Both the position numbers and the translations under genes were made by a program. A model generated the notes under the pieces. That model worked only from the letters and a program-made list of their open reading frames with translations. It searched no databases and was not told where the DNA came from. Shown piece by piece: positions 48,401-62,442 of a stretch of DNA of 64,000 nucleotides (position 1 is the first letter of the stretch; each line of letters opens with the position of its first letter). The DNA comes from Nemertoderma westbladi (lineage: Eukaryota; Animalia; Xenacoelomorpha): positions 49,061-113,060 of the forward strand of contig JAUCBJ010007049.1 of the NCBI GenBank assembly GCA_032718475.1, given 5' to 3'.

Positions 48401-51400
48401 CATTGGATACCACGTCAAAAATAGGTGGAAATTTGCCTGACAGCCAGATAGGCCTACTGCATTTCCTACCGTTAGGCGGGGTATAGCTATTAATAACTGT
48501 AGGGCCTAGCTATATTATTATGTCATGGCTCCAAACGCCACCATAAATATAAGCGAACTTATTTATAACATAATTAATGTCATTTTTACATTTATTTATA
48601 CAGCAACTAATATAATTTGTGCAGTTTCTATCACTTATAATGTATATGCACAATAATTTCGTAATGTTAAAATTTTGGAATAAAACTACTTACATACTTG
48701 TTGCAAAGTACTTTACAGTGTTCTGATCCTAGTGGCTTTATTTTCACTCACCCACTAACGTTTGTTCGTGTAACAAAGCCACTCGGATCATCACACTGTA
48801 AAGTGCTACTTTACTTACACACAAGTATGTAAATAGTTATTACAGTGTTCTGATCCTCGTGGCTATATTTTCAATATATAATATTATTATATTATAAGTA
48901 AGAAACTGCACAAATTAAATTAGTTGATGTATAAATAAATGTAAAAATGACATAAATTATGTTATAAAAAAGTTAGCTTATATTTATGGTGGCGTTTGGA
49001 GCCATGTTAATAGTTTATAGCTACTGGTTATTAATAGCTACCGGTAGGGAATGAAGTAGGCCTATCTGGCTTTCAGGCAATTAATAATAATCAATTCCAA
49101 CTATTATTTATGTGGTAACCATGACGGCGTGACTTTACAGTCACGCCGTCGGGACATTACATAATAATAATAATACCAATACAATACTAATTGTACAGGC
49201 CAATACAATACTGTAATACCCTCTAAAGTTGTAATGTGCTAAATCACAACTCGCTATTAATAGTAACGGCATTGAGTAATGTTACTATTTTGGAATAAAT
49301 AATTCTTTACTTGATAGAGATAAACCTTGTGATCAGTGAGCGCATGCACTACACAAGGTGATTGTAAACGTTACATCGACAAAGCGTAATCTCTGCCGAC
49401 AAACGTTAACAACATTATAACTAACAATTAAAGGAAAGTAACAGACCCTAGTCCCTAAGGAAAGGAAGGACCCTAATCGAGACAATACAGCGCGGAAAGT
49501 TATCAGATAATCTCAAGAAGGATTACTCAGTATGAACAATATTAAATATAATTAACTACCTGTATATCCGCAGCTTTGCTATGAGTTTGCTGTTTGTCAT
49601 CCTTATACTTTTCGATATAATTCTCTAAGTTAGTTTTGCTACCATCATTTTGCACAGCGCCGTTTTCTCGCTGAGGTTGTTGCCCAGTCTCATTACCGCC
49701 CTGTTGGGTTATTTCTTCTGAAGGATTCTTCCCCCCATAAGGGCCATTCTGATCTGTTCCGATATGGGACTGGGGAACCTGCGAAAGACGAGTTGAAAAA
49801 TTTATTAATTCATAGCCGGTGGACCATAGAGGCGGGATGCATTAACATTTAGCGTTAGCGTACTACAGTAGTATCATATAAGTATTTTATATTTCTAGTT
49901 AATACAAATTTTATGTGAATGAATAAGTCTATCATTTCGGTATACGTATTACAACTGTATTATTGGTGGCTAAACGTGTTAATAATGTATTATTGGTGTT
50001 GACTGAGCGTATTAATAATAAATTATTGGTGTTGGCTGAACGAATTAATAATGTAGGCCTATTATTGGTGTTGGCTGAGCGTATTAATAATGAATTATTG
50101 GTGTTGGTTGAAAGTATTAATAATGTATTATTGGTGTTGGCTGAAAATAATAATGTATTATTGGTGTTGGCTGAGCGTATTAATAATGAATTATTGTTGT
50201 TGGTTGAAAGTATTAATAATGTATGATTGGTGTTGGCTGAAAATAATAATGTTTTATTGGTGTTGGCTGAACGAATTAATAATGAATTATTGGTGTTGGC
50301 TGAACGAATTAATAATGTATTATTGGTGTTGGCTGAACGTATTAATAATGAATTATTGGTGTTGGTTGAAAGTATTAATAATGTATTATTGGTGTTGGTT
50401 GAAAGTATTAATAATGTATTATTGGTGTTGGCTGAAAATAATAATGTATTATTGGTGTTGGCTGAGCGTATTAATAATGAATTATTGGTGTTGGTTGAAA
50501 GTATTAATAATGTATTGTTGGGGTTGGCTGAAAATAATAATGTATTATTGGTGTTGGCTGAACGAATTAATAATGAATTATTGGTGTTGGCTGAACGAAT
50601 TAATAATGTATTATTGGTGTTGGCTGAGCGTATTAATAATGAATTATTGGTGTTGGCTGAACGAATTAATAATGTATTATTGGTGTTGGCTGAGCGTATT
50701 AATAATGAATTATTGGTGTTGGTTGAAAGTATTAATAATGTATTGTTGGTGTTGGCTGAAAATAATAATGTATTATTGGTGTTGGCTGAACGAATTAATA
50801 ATGAATTATTGGTGTTGGTTGAAAGTATTAATAATGTATTATTGGTGTTGGATGAAAATAATAATGTATTATTGGTGTTGGCTGAGCGTATTAATAATGA
50901 ATTATTGGTGTTGGTTGAAAGTATTAATAATGTATTATTGGTGTTGGCTGAGCGTATTAATAATGTATTATTGGTGTTGGCTGAACGTATTAATAATTAA
51001 TTATTGGTGTTGGCTGAAAGTAATAATGTATTATTGGTGTTGGTTGAAAGTATTAATAATGTATTATTGGTGTTGGCTGAACGTATTAATAATGAATTAT
51101 TGGTGTTGGTTGAAAGTATTAATAATGTATTATTGGTGTTGGTTGAAAGTATTAATAATGTATTATTGGTGTTGGTTGAAAGTATTAATAATGTATTATT
51201 GGTGTTGGCTGAAAATAATAATGTATTATTGGTGTTGGTTGAAAGTATTAATAATGTATTATTGGTGTTGGCTGAAAATAATAATATATTATTGGTGTTG
51301 GTTGAAAGTATTAATAATGTATTATTGGTGTTGGCTGAAAATAATAATGTATTATTGGTGTTGGCTGAGCGTATTAATAATGTATTATTGGTGTTGGCTG

Positions 51401-54400
51401 AAAGTAATAATGTATTATTGGTGTTGGCTGAAAATAATAATGTATTATTGGTGTTGGCTGAACGAATTAATAATGAATTATTGGTGTTGGCTGAACGAAT
51501 TAATAATGTATTATTGGTGTTGGCTGAACGTATTAATAATGAATTATTGGTGTTGGTTGAAAGTATTAATAATGTATTATTGGTGTTGGTTGAAAGTATT
51601 AATAATGTATTATTGGTGTTGGCTGAAAATAATAATGTATTATTGGTGTTGGCTGAGCGTATTAATAATGAATTATTGGTGTTGGTTGAAAGTATTAATA
51701 ATGTATTGTTGGTGTTGGCTGAAAATAATAATGTATTATTGGTGTTGGCTGAACGAATTAATAATGAATTATTGGTGTTGGCTGAACGAATTAATAATGT
51801 ATTATTGGTGTTGGCTGAGCGTATTAATAATGAATTATTGGTGTTGGTTGAAAGTATTAATAATGTATTATTGGTGTTGGTTGAGCGTATTAATAATGTA
51901 TTATTGGTGTTGGCTGAACGTATTAATAATTAATTATTGGTGTTGGCTGAAAGTAATAATGTATTATTGGTGTTGGTTGAAAGTATTAATAATGTATTAT
52001 TGGTGTTGGCTGAACGTATTAATAATGAATTATTGGTGTTGGTTGAAAGTATTAATAATGTATTATTGGTGTTGGCTGAAAATAATAATGTATTATTGGT
52101 GTTGGCTGAGCGTATTAATAATGAATTATTGGTGTTGGTTGAAAGTATTAATAATGTATTGTTGGTGTTGGCTGAAAATAATAATGTATTATTGGTGTTG
52201 GCTGAACGTATTAATAATGAATTATTGGTGTTGGCTGAACGAATTAATAATGTATTATTGGTGTTGGCTGAGCGTATTAATAATGAATTATTGGTGTTGG
52301 TTGAAAGTATTAATAATGTATTATTGGTGTTGGCTGAGCGTATTAATAATGTATTATTGGTGTTGGCTGAACGTATTAATAATGAATTATTGGTGTTGGC
52401 TGAAAGTAATAATGTATTATTGGTGTTGGTTGAAAGTATTAATAATGTATTATTGGTGTTGGCTGAACGTATTAATAATGAATTATTGGTGTTGGTTGAA
52501 AGTATTAATAATGTATTATTGGTGTTGGCTGAAAGTAATAATGTATTATTGGTGTTGGCTGTACGTGTTAATACTGTATTAGGTGTTGGCTGAACACCAA
52601 TCAAATAATGTATTAATAATGTATCATTGGTACTGTCTGAACGTGTTAATAATGTATTATTGGTGTTGGCAGAAAGTATTAATAATGTATTATTGGTGTT
52701 GGCTGATAGTAATAATGAATTATTGGTGTTGGTTGAAAGTATTAATAATGTATTATTGGTGTTGGCAGAAAGTATTAATAATGTATTATTGGTGTTGGTT
52801 GAAAGTAATAATGTATTATTGGTGTTGGCTGAGCGTATTAATAATGAATTATTGGTGTTGGTTGAAAGTATTAATAATGTATTGTTGGTGTTGGCTGAAA
52901 ATAATAATGTATTATTGGTGTTGGCTGAACGTATTAATAATGAATTATTGGTGTTGGCTGGACGAATTAATAATGTATTATTGGTGTTGGCTGAGCGTAT
53001 TAATAATGAATTATTGGTGTTGGCTGAAAGTAATAATGTATTATTGGTGTTGGCAGAAAGTATTAATAATGTATTATTGGTGTTGGTTGAAAGTAATAAT
53101 GTATTATTGGTGTTGGCTGAGCGTATTAATAATGAATTATTGGTGTTGGTTGAAAGTATTAATAATGTATTGTTGGTGTTGGCTGAAAATAATAATGTAT
53201 TATTGGTGTTGGCTGAACGTATTAATAATGAATTATTGGTGTTGGCTGAACGAATTAATAATGTATTATTGGTGTTGGCTGAGCGTATTAATAATGAATT
53301 ATTGGTGTTGGTTGAAAGTATTAATAATGTATTATTGGTGTTGGCTGAGCGTATTAATAATGTATTATTGGTGTTGGCTGAACGTATTAATAATGAATTA
53401 TTGGTGTTGGCTGAAAGTAATAATGTATTATTGGTGTTGGTTGAAAGTATTAATAATGTATTATTGGTGTTGGCTGAACGTATTAATAATGAATTATTGG
53501 TGTTGGTTGAAAGTATTAATAATGTATTATTGGTGTTGGCTGAAAGTAATAATGTATTATTGGTGTTGGCTGTACGTGTTAATACTGTATTTGGTGTTGG
53601 CTGAACACCAATCAAATAATGTATTAATAATGTATCATTGGTACTGTCTGAACGTGTTAATAATGTATTATTGGTGTTGGCAGAAAGTATTAATAATGTA
53701 TTATTGGTGTTGGCTGATAGTAATAATGAATTATTGGTGTTGGCTGATAGTAATAATGTATTATTGGTGTTGGCTGAAAGTAATAATGTATTATTGGTGT
53801 TGGCAGAAAGTAATAATGTATTATTGGTGTTGGCAGAAAGTATTAATAATGTATTATTGGTGTTGGTTGAAAGTAATAATGTATTATTGGTGTTGGCAGA
53901 AAGTATTAATAATGTATTATTGGTGTTGGTTGAAAGTATTAATAATGAATTATTGGTGTTGGCTGAGCGTATTAATAATGAATTATTGGTGTTGGCTGAA
54001 AGTAATAATGAATTATTGGTGTTGGCTGAAAGTAATAATGTATTATTGGTGTTGGCTGTACGTGTTAATACTGTATTTGGTGTTGGCTGAACACCAATCA
54101 AATAATGTATTAATAATGTATCATTGGTATTGTCTGAACGTGTTAATAATGTATTATTGGTGTTGGTTGAAAGTATTAATAATGTATTATTGGTGTTGTC
54201 TGAACGTGTTAATAATGTATTATTGGTGTTGGCAGAAAGTATTAATAATGTATTATTGGTGTTGGCTGAGCGTATTAATAATGTATTATTGGTGTTGGTT
54301 GAAAGTATTAATAATGTATTATTGGTGTTGGCTGAGCGTATTAATAATTAATTATTGGTGTTGGCTGAAAGTAATAATGTATTATTGGTGTTGGTTGAAA

Positions 54401-55699
54401 GTATTAATAATGTATTATTGGTGTTGGCTGAGCGTATTAATAATTAATTATTGGTGTTGGCTGAAAGTAATAATGTATTATTGGTGTTGGCTGAGCGTAT
54501 TAATAATTTATTATTGGTGTTGGCTGAGCGTATTAATAATGTATTATTGGTGTTGGTTGAAAATAATAATGTATTATTGGTGTTGGTTGAAAATAATAAT
54601 GTATTATTGGTGTTGGCTGAGCGTATTAATAATTTATTATTGGTGTTGGCTGAGCGTATTAATAATGTATTATTGGTGTTGGTTGAAAGTACAGTATTAA
54701 TAATGTATTATTGGTGTTGGTTGAAAGTATTAATAATGTATTATTGGTGTTGGCTGAAAGTATTAATAATGTATTATTGGTGTTGGTTGAAAGTATTAAT
54801 AATGTATTATTGGTGTTGGCTGAAAGTATTAATAATGTATTATTGGTGTTGGCTGAGCGTATTAATAATGTATTATTGGTGTTGGTTGAAAGTATTAATA
54901 ATGTATTATTGGTGTTGGCTGAAAGTATTAATAATGTATTATTGGTGTTGGCTGAGCGTATTAATAATGTATTATTGGTGTTGGTTGAAAGTATTAATAA
55001 TGTATTATTGGTGTTGGCTGAAAGTATTAATAATGTATTATTGGTGTTGGCTGAAATGATATTATCTACAAATCTGAGATGGAAATTTTACCCGTCGTAT
55101 TCGTATTCTTGGAACGTGTTTCTGTTTACACAGGAAACAATCAGAAGATATTTTTAGTTGCTCTGTGAATTTTAGTTCTCGCTTGTCTGTTTCATCGAGC
55201 ATCAATTAATTTTCTGCTCGTTTCAGAAGGTTTGCAAATAATCATACCAAGCTCAGTCCCACGGGGTCTCGTTTCTCTGGTTTGTCACTCTCGGTCTCGT
55301 TTCTCTGGTTTCTCACTCTTGGTCTCGTTTCTCAGGTTTGTCGCTCGCGCGGTCTCGTTTCCTGATACTGTGCTCGCTGACAACTCACCACATCTAGCCA
55401 GTTGATATTGACTACTATACAATAACTTTTCCTACCTGATTTTCTATATATCGAGTCTCGTTGTTCATGTATGTTTGTCCAGAATCATTGATTCTGTCTG
55501 TATGTCCAGCATCATAGTTCCTGTCTGTATGCTGAGGTTCGTGGTTCCTGTACATGTGATACCGTGGGAACCCTTTATACCTGGCGTCGGTCCATAATGA
55601 GGATTCACCCGGCTCGTCGCCACGATGATCCTCATGTAAACGGACAGGCGTAGCACCTGAGCCTACCAGCCTTTCGTCCTGAGGTTGACCTACTGGCAT
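45405..55699 (-). CDS. Four-exon gene (55699-55436, 49778-49560, 47968-46371, 45699-45405; about 791 aa) with five CSPP1-type motifs
   Basis: GT-AG junctions join in frame (2376 nt). Motifs YPWGKPGAGAP, FGTYGGGAP, YDPFGKPGGGAP, YDPFGKPGAGAPLVDPEGNLLTD, YWGRPGHGAP resemble the CSPP1 YNPWGKGGGGAP-type motif. Further 5' exons are possible. Confidence 0.8.
45969..46163. mobile_element. 195-bp MULE-like MITE in an intron
   Basis: TIRs GGGTGTAAACGCTAC / GTAGCGTTTACACCC; flanks TTCAGGGGC and CTCAGGGGC (9-bp TSD with one mismatch). Confidence 0.85.
48200..49305. mobile_element. About 1.1-kb foldback element in an intron, family unresolved
   Basis: TATTTATTCCAAAATTGTAACATTACTCAACGCCGTT mirrored by AACGGCATTGAGTAATGTTACTATTTTGGAATAAATA; inner arms are also inverted. 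Confidence 0.82.
49955..55056. repeat. 24/27-bp AT-rich intronic satellite with higher-order structure
   Basis: TATTATTGGTGTTGG(C/T)TGA..AATAATG units over 5.1 kb. Confidence 0.97.
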
Positions 55700-56473
55700 A
55701 CTTTCTCTTAGATAGCGCTCAGAAACAACAATATCATTGAGTTAATCCATCAATTTGTTACACAATAGCAGTAGAACTTTACAATCCTACCCACCACAAA
55801 CCCAATATAATACAATTTATTTAATTATATTTTTCACCGTATATAATTACAAACTTAGTGTAATACTATTTCATTAGAAGCAAAATTGAAATTAAGAATT
55901 ACTTTAATAACGTTGAAATGGCAATTATACCAGTTGGTTAATTTAGCGCTATTCCGTTGCTATGCGCTCGTACATTCGCAGGATGCACCTAATCTTGGCT
56001 CATTTTCATCTATCGTGATAATATTGTTCTTTGATCGAGCCATTACTCCAGTAGGTAATAAGTAAATTCAATAATTAAACAACAGATATAAAGGGCCTAA
56101 TTACATAGCCTTACATCCAATTACATCGCCTTATTATGTTATACGTGTGTGTAGATTCAATAATAAAGTCGGACATCCTTTTCGCATTAGTGGGAATAAA
56201 TGTTATGGTATAGCACTACACTTTACAGGGTTATTGTAATTATCATCTCATTTGATGAGCAGTTTCTAACTGCTACGCACTACCAATGCGATATCAGGGG
56301 CAACTTTATCAGACAGGGAATAGAATATAGTACAATATAAAGTATTAAATTATTGTCAATTGAATTACAATAATCAAATTGGAACAAATAATTCCCCAAC
56401 TGAGAATGTTCTTGATGTTGTACACGGAAACCAAACCAACCCGGTGTTTTTAATTTGTTTATTGCAGAATAAC

Positions 56474-59400
56474 TAACCCAAACAACGCCCAGCCTCCTAA
56501 CCCAAACAACGCCCAACCTCCTAACCCAAACAACGCCCAACCTCCTAACCCAAACAACGCCCAACCTCCTAACCCAAACAACGCCCAACCTCCTAACCCA
56601 AACAACGCCCAACCTCCTAACCCAAACAACGCCCAACCTCCTAACCCAAACAACGCCCAACCTCCTAACCCAAACAACGCCCAACCTCCTAACCCAAACA
56701 ACGCCCAACCTCCTAACCCAAACAACGCCCAACCTCCTAACCCAAACAACGCCCAACCTCCTAACCCAAACAACGCCCAACCTCCTAACCCAAACAACGC
56801 CCAACCTCCTAACCCAAACAACGCCCAACCTCCTAACCCAAACAACGCCCAACCTCCTAACCCAAACAACGCCCAACCTCCTAACCCAAACAACGCCCAA
56901 CCTCCTAACCCAAACAACGCCCAACCTCCTAACCCAAACAACGCCCAACCTCCTAACCCAAACAACGCCCAACCTCCTAACCCAAACAACGCCCAACCTC
57001 CTAACCCAAACAACGCCCAACCTCCTAACCCAAACAACGCCCAACCTCCTAACCCAAACAACGCCCAACCTCCTAACCCAAACAACGCCCAGCCTCCTAA
57101 CCCAAACAACGCCCAACCTCCTAACCCAAACAACGCCCAACCTTCTAACCCAATCAACGTCCAACCTCCTAACCCAAACAACGCCCAACCTCCTAACCCA
57201 AACAACGCCCAGCCTCCTAACCCAAACAACGCCCAATCTTCTAACCCAAACAACGCCCAACCTCCTAACCCAAACAACGCCCAACCTCCTAACCCAAACA
57301 ACGCCCAACCTCCTAACCCAAACAACGCCCAATCTCCTAACCCAAACAACGCCCAATCTTCTAACCCAAACAACGCCCAACCTCCTAACCCAAACAACGC
57401 CCAACCTCCTAACCCAAACAACGCCCAACCTCCTAACCCAATCAACGTCCAACCTCCTAACCCAAACAACGCCCAACCTCCTAACCCAAACAACGCCCAG
57501 CCTCCTAACCCAAACAACGCCCAATCTTCTAACCCAAACAACGCCCAACCTCCTAACCCAAACAACGCCCAACCTCCTAACCCAAACAACGCCCAACCTC
57601 CTAACCCAAACAACGCCCAGCCTCCTAACCCAAACAACGCCCAACCTCCTAACCCAAACAACGCCCAACCTCCTAACCCAAACAACGTCCAACCTCCTAA
57701 CCCAAACAACGCCCAACCTCCTAACCCAAACAACGCCCAATCTTCTAACCCAAACAACGCCCAACCTCCTAACCCAAACAACGCCTAACCTCCTAACCCA
57801 AACAACGCCCAACCTCCCAACCCAAACAACGCCCAACCTCCTAACCCAAACAACGCCCAACCTCCTAACCCAAACAACGCCCAACCTCCTAACCCAAACA
57901 ACGCCCAACCTTCTAACCCAAACAACGCCCAACCTCCTAACCCAAACAACGCCCAGCCTCCTAACCCAAACAACGCCCAACCTCCTAACCCAAACAACGC
58001 CCAACCTCCTAACCCAAACAACGCCCAACCTCCTAACCCAAACAACGCCCAACCTCCTAACCCAAACAACGCCCAACCTCCTAACCCAAACAACGCCCAA
58101 CCTCCTAACCCAAACAACGCCCAACCTCCTAACCCAAACAACGCACAACCTCCTAACCCAAACAACGCCCAATCTTCTAACCCAAACAACGCCCAGCCTC
58201 CTAACCCAAATAACGCCCAACCTCCTAACCCAAACAACGCCCAACCTCCTAACCCAAACAACGCCCAACCTCCTAACCCAAACAACGCCCAACCTCCTAA
58301 CCCAAACAACGCCCAGCCTCCTAACCCAAACAACGCCCAATCTTCTAACCCAAACAACGCCCAGCCTCCTAACCCAAATAACGCCCAACCTCCTAACCCA
58401 AACAACGCCCAACCTCCTAACCCAAACAACGCCCAACCTCCTAACCCAAACAACGCCCAACCTCCTAACCCAAACAACGCCCAACCTCCTAACCCAAACA
58501 ACGCCCAACCTCCTAACCCAAACAACGCCCAATCTTCTAACCCAAACAACGCCCAGCCTCCTAACCCAAATAACGCCCAACCTCCTAACCCAAACAACGC
58601 CCAACCTCCTAACCCAAACAACGTCCAACCTCCTAACCCAAACAACGCCCAACCTCCTAACCCAAACAACGCCCAGCCTCCTAACCCAAACAACGCCCAA
58701 TCTTCTAACCCAAACAACGCCCAACCTCCTAACCCAAACAACGCCCAACCTCCTAACCCAAACAACGCCCAACCTCCTAACCCAAACAACGCCCAATCTT
58801 CTAACCCAAACAACGCCCAACCTCCTAACCCAAACAACGCCCAACCTCCTAACCCAAACAACGCCCAACCTCCTAACCCAAACAACGCCCAACCTCCTAA
58901 CCCAAACAACGCCCAACCTCCTAACCCAAACAACGCCCAACCTCCTAACCCAAACAACGCCCAGCCTCCTAACCCAAACAACGCCCAATCTTCTAACCCA
59001 AACAACGCCCAACCTCCTAACCCAAACAACGCCCAACCTCCTAACCCAAACAACGCCCAACCTCCTAACCCAAACAACGCCCAATCTTCTAACCCAAACA
59101 ACGCCCAATCTTCTAACCCAAACAACGCCCAATCTTCTAACCCAAACAACGCCCAACCTCCTAACCCAAACAACGCCCAACCTCTTAACCCAAACAACGC
59201 CCAACCTCCTAACCCAAACAACGCCCAATCTCCTAACCCAAACAACGCCCAATCTTCTAACCCAAACAACGCCCAACCTCCTAACCCAAACAACGCCCAA
59301 CCTCCTAACCCAAAAAACGCCCAATCTTCTAACCCAAACAACGCCCAACCTCCTAACCCTAATAACGCCCAACCTCCTAACCCAAACAACGCCCAACCTC

Positions 59401-61627
59401 CTAACCCAAACAACGCCCAATATTCTAACCCAAACAACGCCCAATCTCCTAACCCAAACAACGCCCAACCTCCTAACCCAAACAACGCCCAACCTCCTAA
59501 CCCAAACAACGCCCAGCCTCCTAACCCAAACAACGCCCAACCTCCTAACCCAAACAACGCCCAACCTCCTAACCCAAACAACGCCCAACCTCCTAACCCA
59601 AACAACACCCAACCTCCTAACCCAAACAACGCCCAACCTCCTAACCCAAATAACGCCCAATCTTCTAACCCAAACAACGCCCAACCTCCTAACCCAAACA
59701 ACGCCTAACCTCCTAACCCAAACAACGCCCAACCCCCATACCCAAACAACGCCCAACCTCCTAACCCAAACAACGCCCAACCTTCTAACCCAAACAACGC
59801 CCAACCTCCTAACCCAAACAACGCCCAACCTCCTAAGCCAAACAACGCCCAACCTCCTAACCCAAACAACGCCCAACCTCCTAACCCAAACAACGCCCAA
59901 CCTCCTAACCCAAACAACGCCCAACCTCCTAACCCAAACAACGCCCAGCCTCCTAACCCAAACAACGCCCAACCTCCTAACCCAAACAACGCCCAACCTC
60001 CTAACCCAAACAACGCCCAACCTCCTAACCCAAACAACGCCCAACCTCCTAACCCAAACAACGCCCAACCTCCTAACCCAAACAACGCCCAACCTCCTAA
60101 CCCAAACAACGCCCAACCTCATAACCCAAACAACGCCCAACCTCCTAACCCAAACAACGCCCAACCTCCTAACCCAAATAACGCCCAACCTCCTAACCCA
60201 AACAACGCCCAACCTCCTAACCCAAACAACGCCCAGCCTCCTAACCCAAACAACGCCCAATCTTCTAACCCAAACAACGCCCAACCTCCTAACCCAAACA
60301 ACGCCCAACCTCCTAACCCAAACAACGCCCAACCTCCTAACCCAAACAACGCCCAATCTTCTAACCCAAACAACGCCCAATCTTCTAACCCAAACAACGC
60401 CCAACCTTCTAACCCAAACAACGCCCAACCTCCTAACCCAAACAACGCCCAACCTCCTAACCCAAACAACGCCCAACCTCCTAACCCAAACAACGCCCAA
60501 TCTCCTAACCCAAACAACGCCCAATCTTCTAACCCAAACAACGCCCAACCTCCTAACCCAAACAACGCCCAACCTCCTAACCCAAACAACGCCCAATCTT
60601 CTAACCCAAACAACGCCCAACCTCCTAACCCTAATAACGCCCAACCTCCTAACCCAAACTAACTCCTAACCCAAACAACGCCCAATCTCCTAACCCAAAC
60701 AACGCCCAATCTCCTAACCCAAACAACGCCCAACCTCCTAACCCAAACAACGCCCAACCTCCTAACCCAAACAACGCCCAACCTCCTAACCCAAACAACG
60801 CCCAACCTCCTAACCCAAACAACGCCCAACCTCCTAACCCAAACAACGCCCAACCTCCTAACCCAAACAACGCCCAACCTCCTAACCCAAACAACGCCCA
60901 ACCTCCTAACCCAAACAACGCCCAACCTCCTAACCCAAACAACGCCCAACCTCCTAACCCAAACAACGCCCAACCTCCTAACCCAAACAACGCCCAACCT
61001 CCTAACCCAAACAACGCCCAACCTCCTAACCCAAACAACGCCCAACCTCCTAACCCAAACAACGCCCAACCTCCTAACCCAAACAACGCCCAACCTCCTA
61101 ACCCAAACAACGCCCAACCTTCTAACCCAAACAACGCCCAACCTCCTAACCCAAACAACGCCCAACCTCCTAACCCAAACAACGCCCAACCTCCTAACCC
61201 AAACAACGCCCAGCCTCCTAACCCAAACAACGCCCAACCTCCTAACCCAAACAACGCCCAACCTCCTAACCCAAACAACGCCCAACCTCCTAACCCAAAC
61301 AACGCCCAACCTCCTAACCCAAACAACGCCCAACCTCCTAACCCAAACAACGCCCAACCTCCTAACCCAAACAACGCCCAACCTCCTAACCCAAACAACG
61401 CCTAACCTCCTAACCCAAACAACGCCCAACCTCCTAACCCAAATAACGCCCAACCTCCTAACCCAAACAACGCCCAACCTCCTAACCCAAACTACGCCCA
61501 GCCTCCTAACCCAAACAACGCCCAACTTCCTAACCCAAACAACGCCCAACCTCCTAACCCAAACTACGCCCAGCCTCCTAACCCAAACAACGCCCAACTT
61601 CCTAACCCAAACAACGCCCAACCTCCA
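56474..61627. repeat. 24-bp satellite CTAACCCAAACAACGCCCAACCTC, about 215 copies
   Basis: Highly homogeneous array with one register break near 60655. Confidence 0.98.
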
Positions 61628-62178
61628 ACCAAATTAACTGGTCTTGTATTTGGTGTGAAAATGGCACAATTTACATTCAGTCAGTCATTCGAACTAAAAT
61701 CGCATGCATTGGAACTAAATCGATTGGAATTAAGTTCGATTTATAACATCAATTTTGGAACTAAATTCGTTTCAATTGGAACTAAGTTCGTGCTACCGTT
61801 CTAGCCTGTTATCTTGTAACAACACCCTTATGCCATGTTTTTTACGTTTTTATATACGAAAGTAAAAAGCCAGGTTACGGTTCATTTTTTGCTCGCATTG
61901 AAAATTTTTATTTAACTTACATTTTTATTAATTGAAATAAAAAGACAAAGATAAAAATGACACATGTGAAGAATTATTGGATTTTGTTAATCTCATGACG
62001 AAAACCATGTTGGGCTAGTTTGAAATAAACATTTTCTTTTTTAAGCAAGTTTTTTCATTTTTTTTTCTGAGTTCCCATAACCATATTGTACAATTGTAAA
62101 ATTAACAAGTCCTACCGAGTGCGTAAATTTTACAGGGTACGTCAATTATTATTCTTATTGATATTGTAAATATATTTA

Positions 62179-62442
62179 TTAATCTAGAACACATTGAGTG
62201 CATTTTACGGCATAATGTTCGCATTCATCATTGTTTGCGGGAACATCGTCACAAAAATCCACCGAAAGACTAGAATATACAGAAACCTGGAAGCAACAAG
62301 TCGAGCAATGTGTTTGGCAGTCTCCATTGAGAACTGATGGACAAGTCAATACGCAGTGCGTGTTGCAATCATCTATACATTCGCTGTTGACAGCAGTTAT
62401 GAAGGTTATCAACAGGAAAGAGCATAAATTATTGAATATCAT
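62179..62442 (-). CDS. Small secreted cysteine-rich peptide (87 aa, 12 Cys in the mature part)
   Basis: Signal-like MIFNNLCSFLLITFITAVNS, then C-x3-C-x3-C-x3-C..C-x3-C-x2-CC..; GC content is higher than in the flanks. Confidence 0.65.
   Translation of the reverse strand: MIFNNLCSFLLITFITAVNSECIDDCNTHCVLTCPSVLNGDCQTHCSTCCFQVSVYSSLSVDFCDDVPANNDECEHYAVKCTQCVLD

Noticed and set aside
49963-61621. Very long ORFs (830, 723, 705, 1454 aa and others)
   Set aside because: Translations of 24/27-bp satellites that are open in several frames; one array lies inside an intron.
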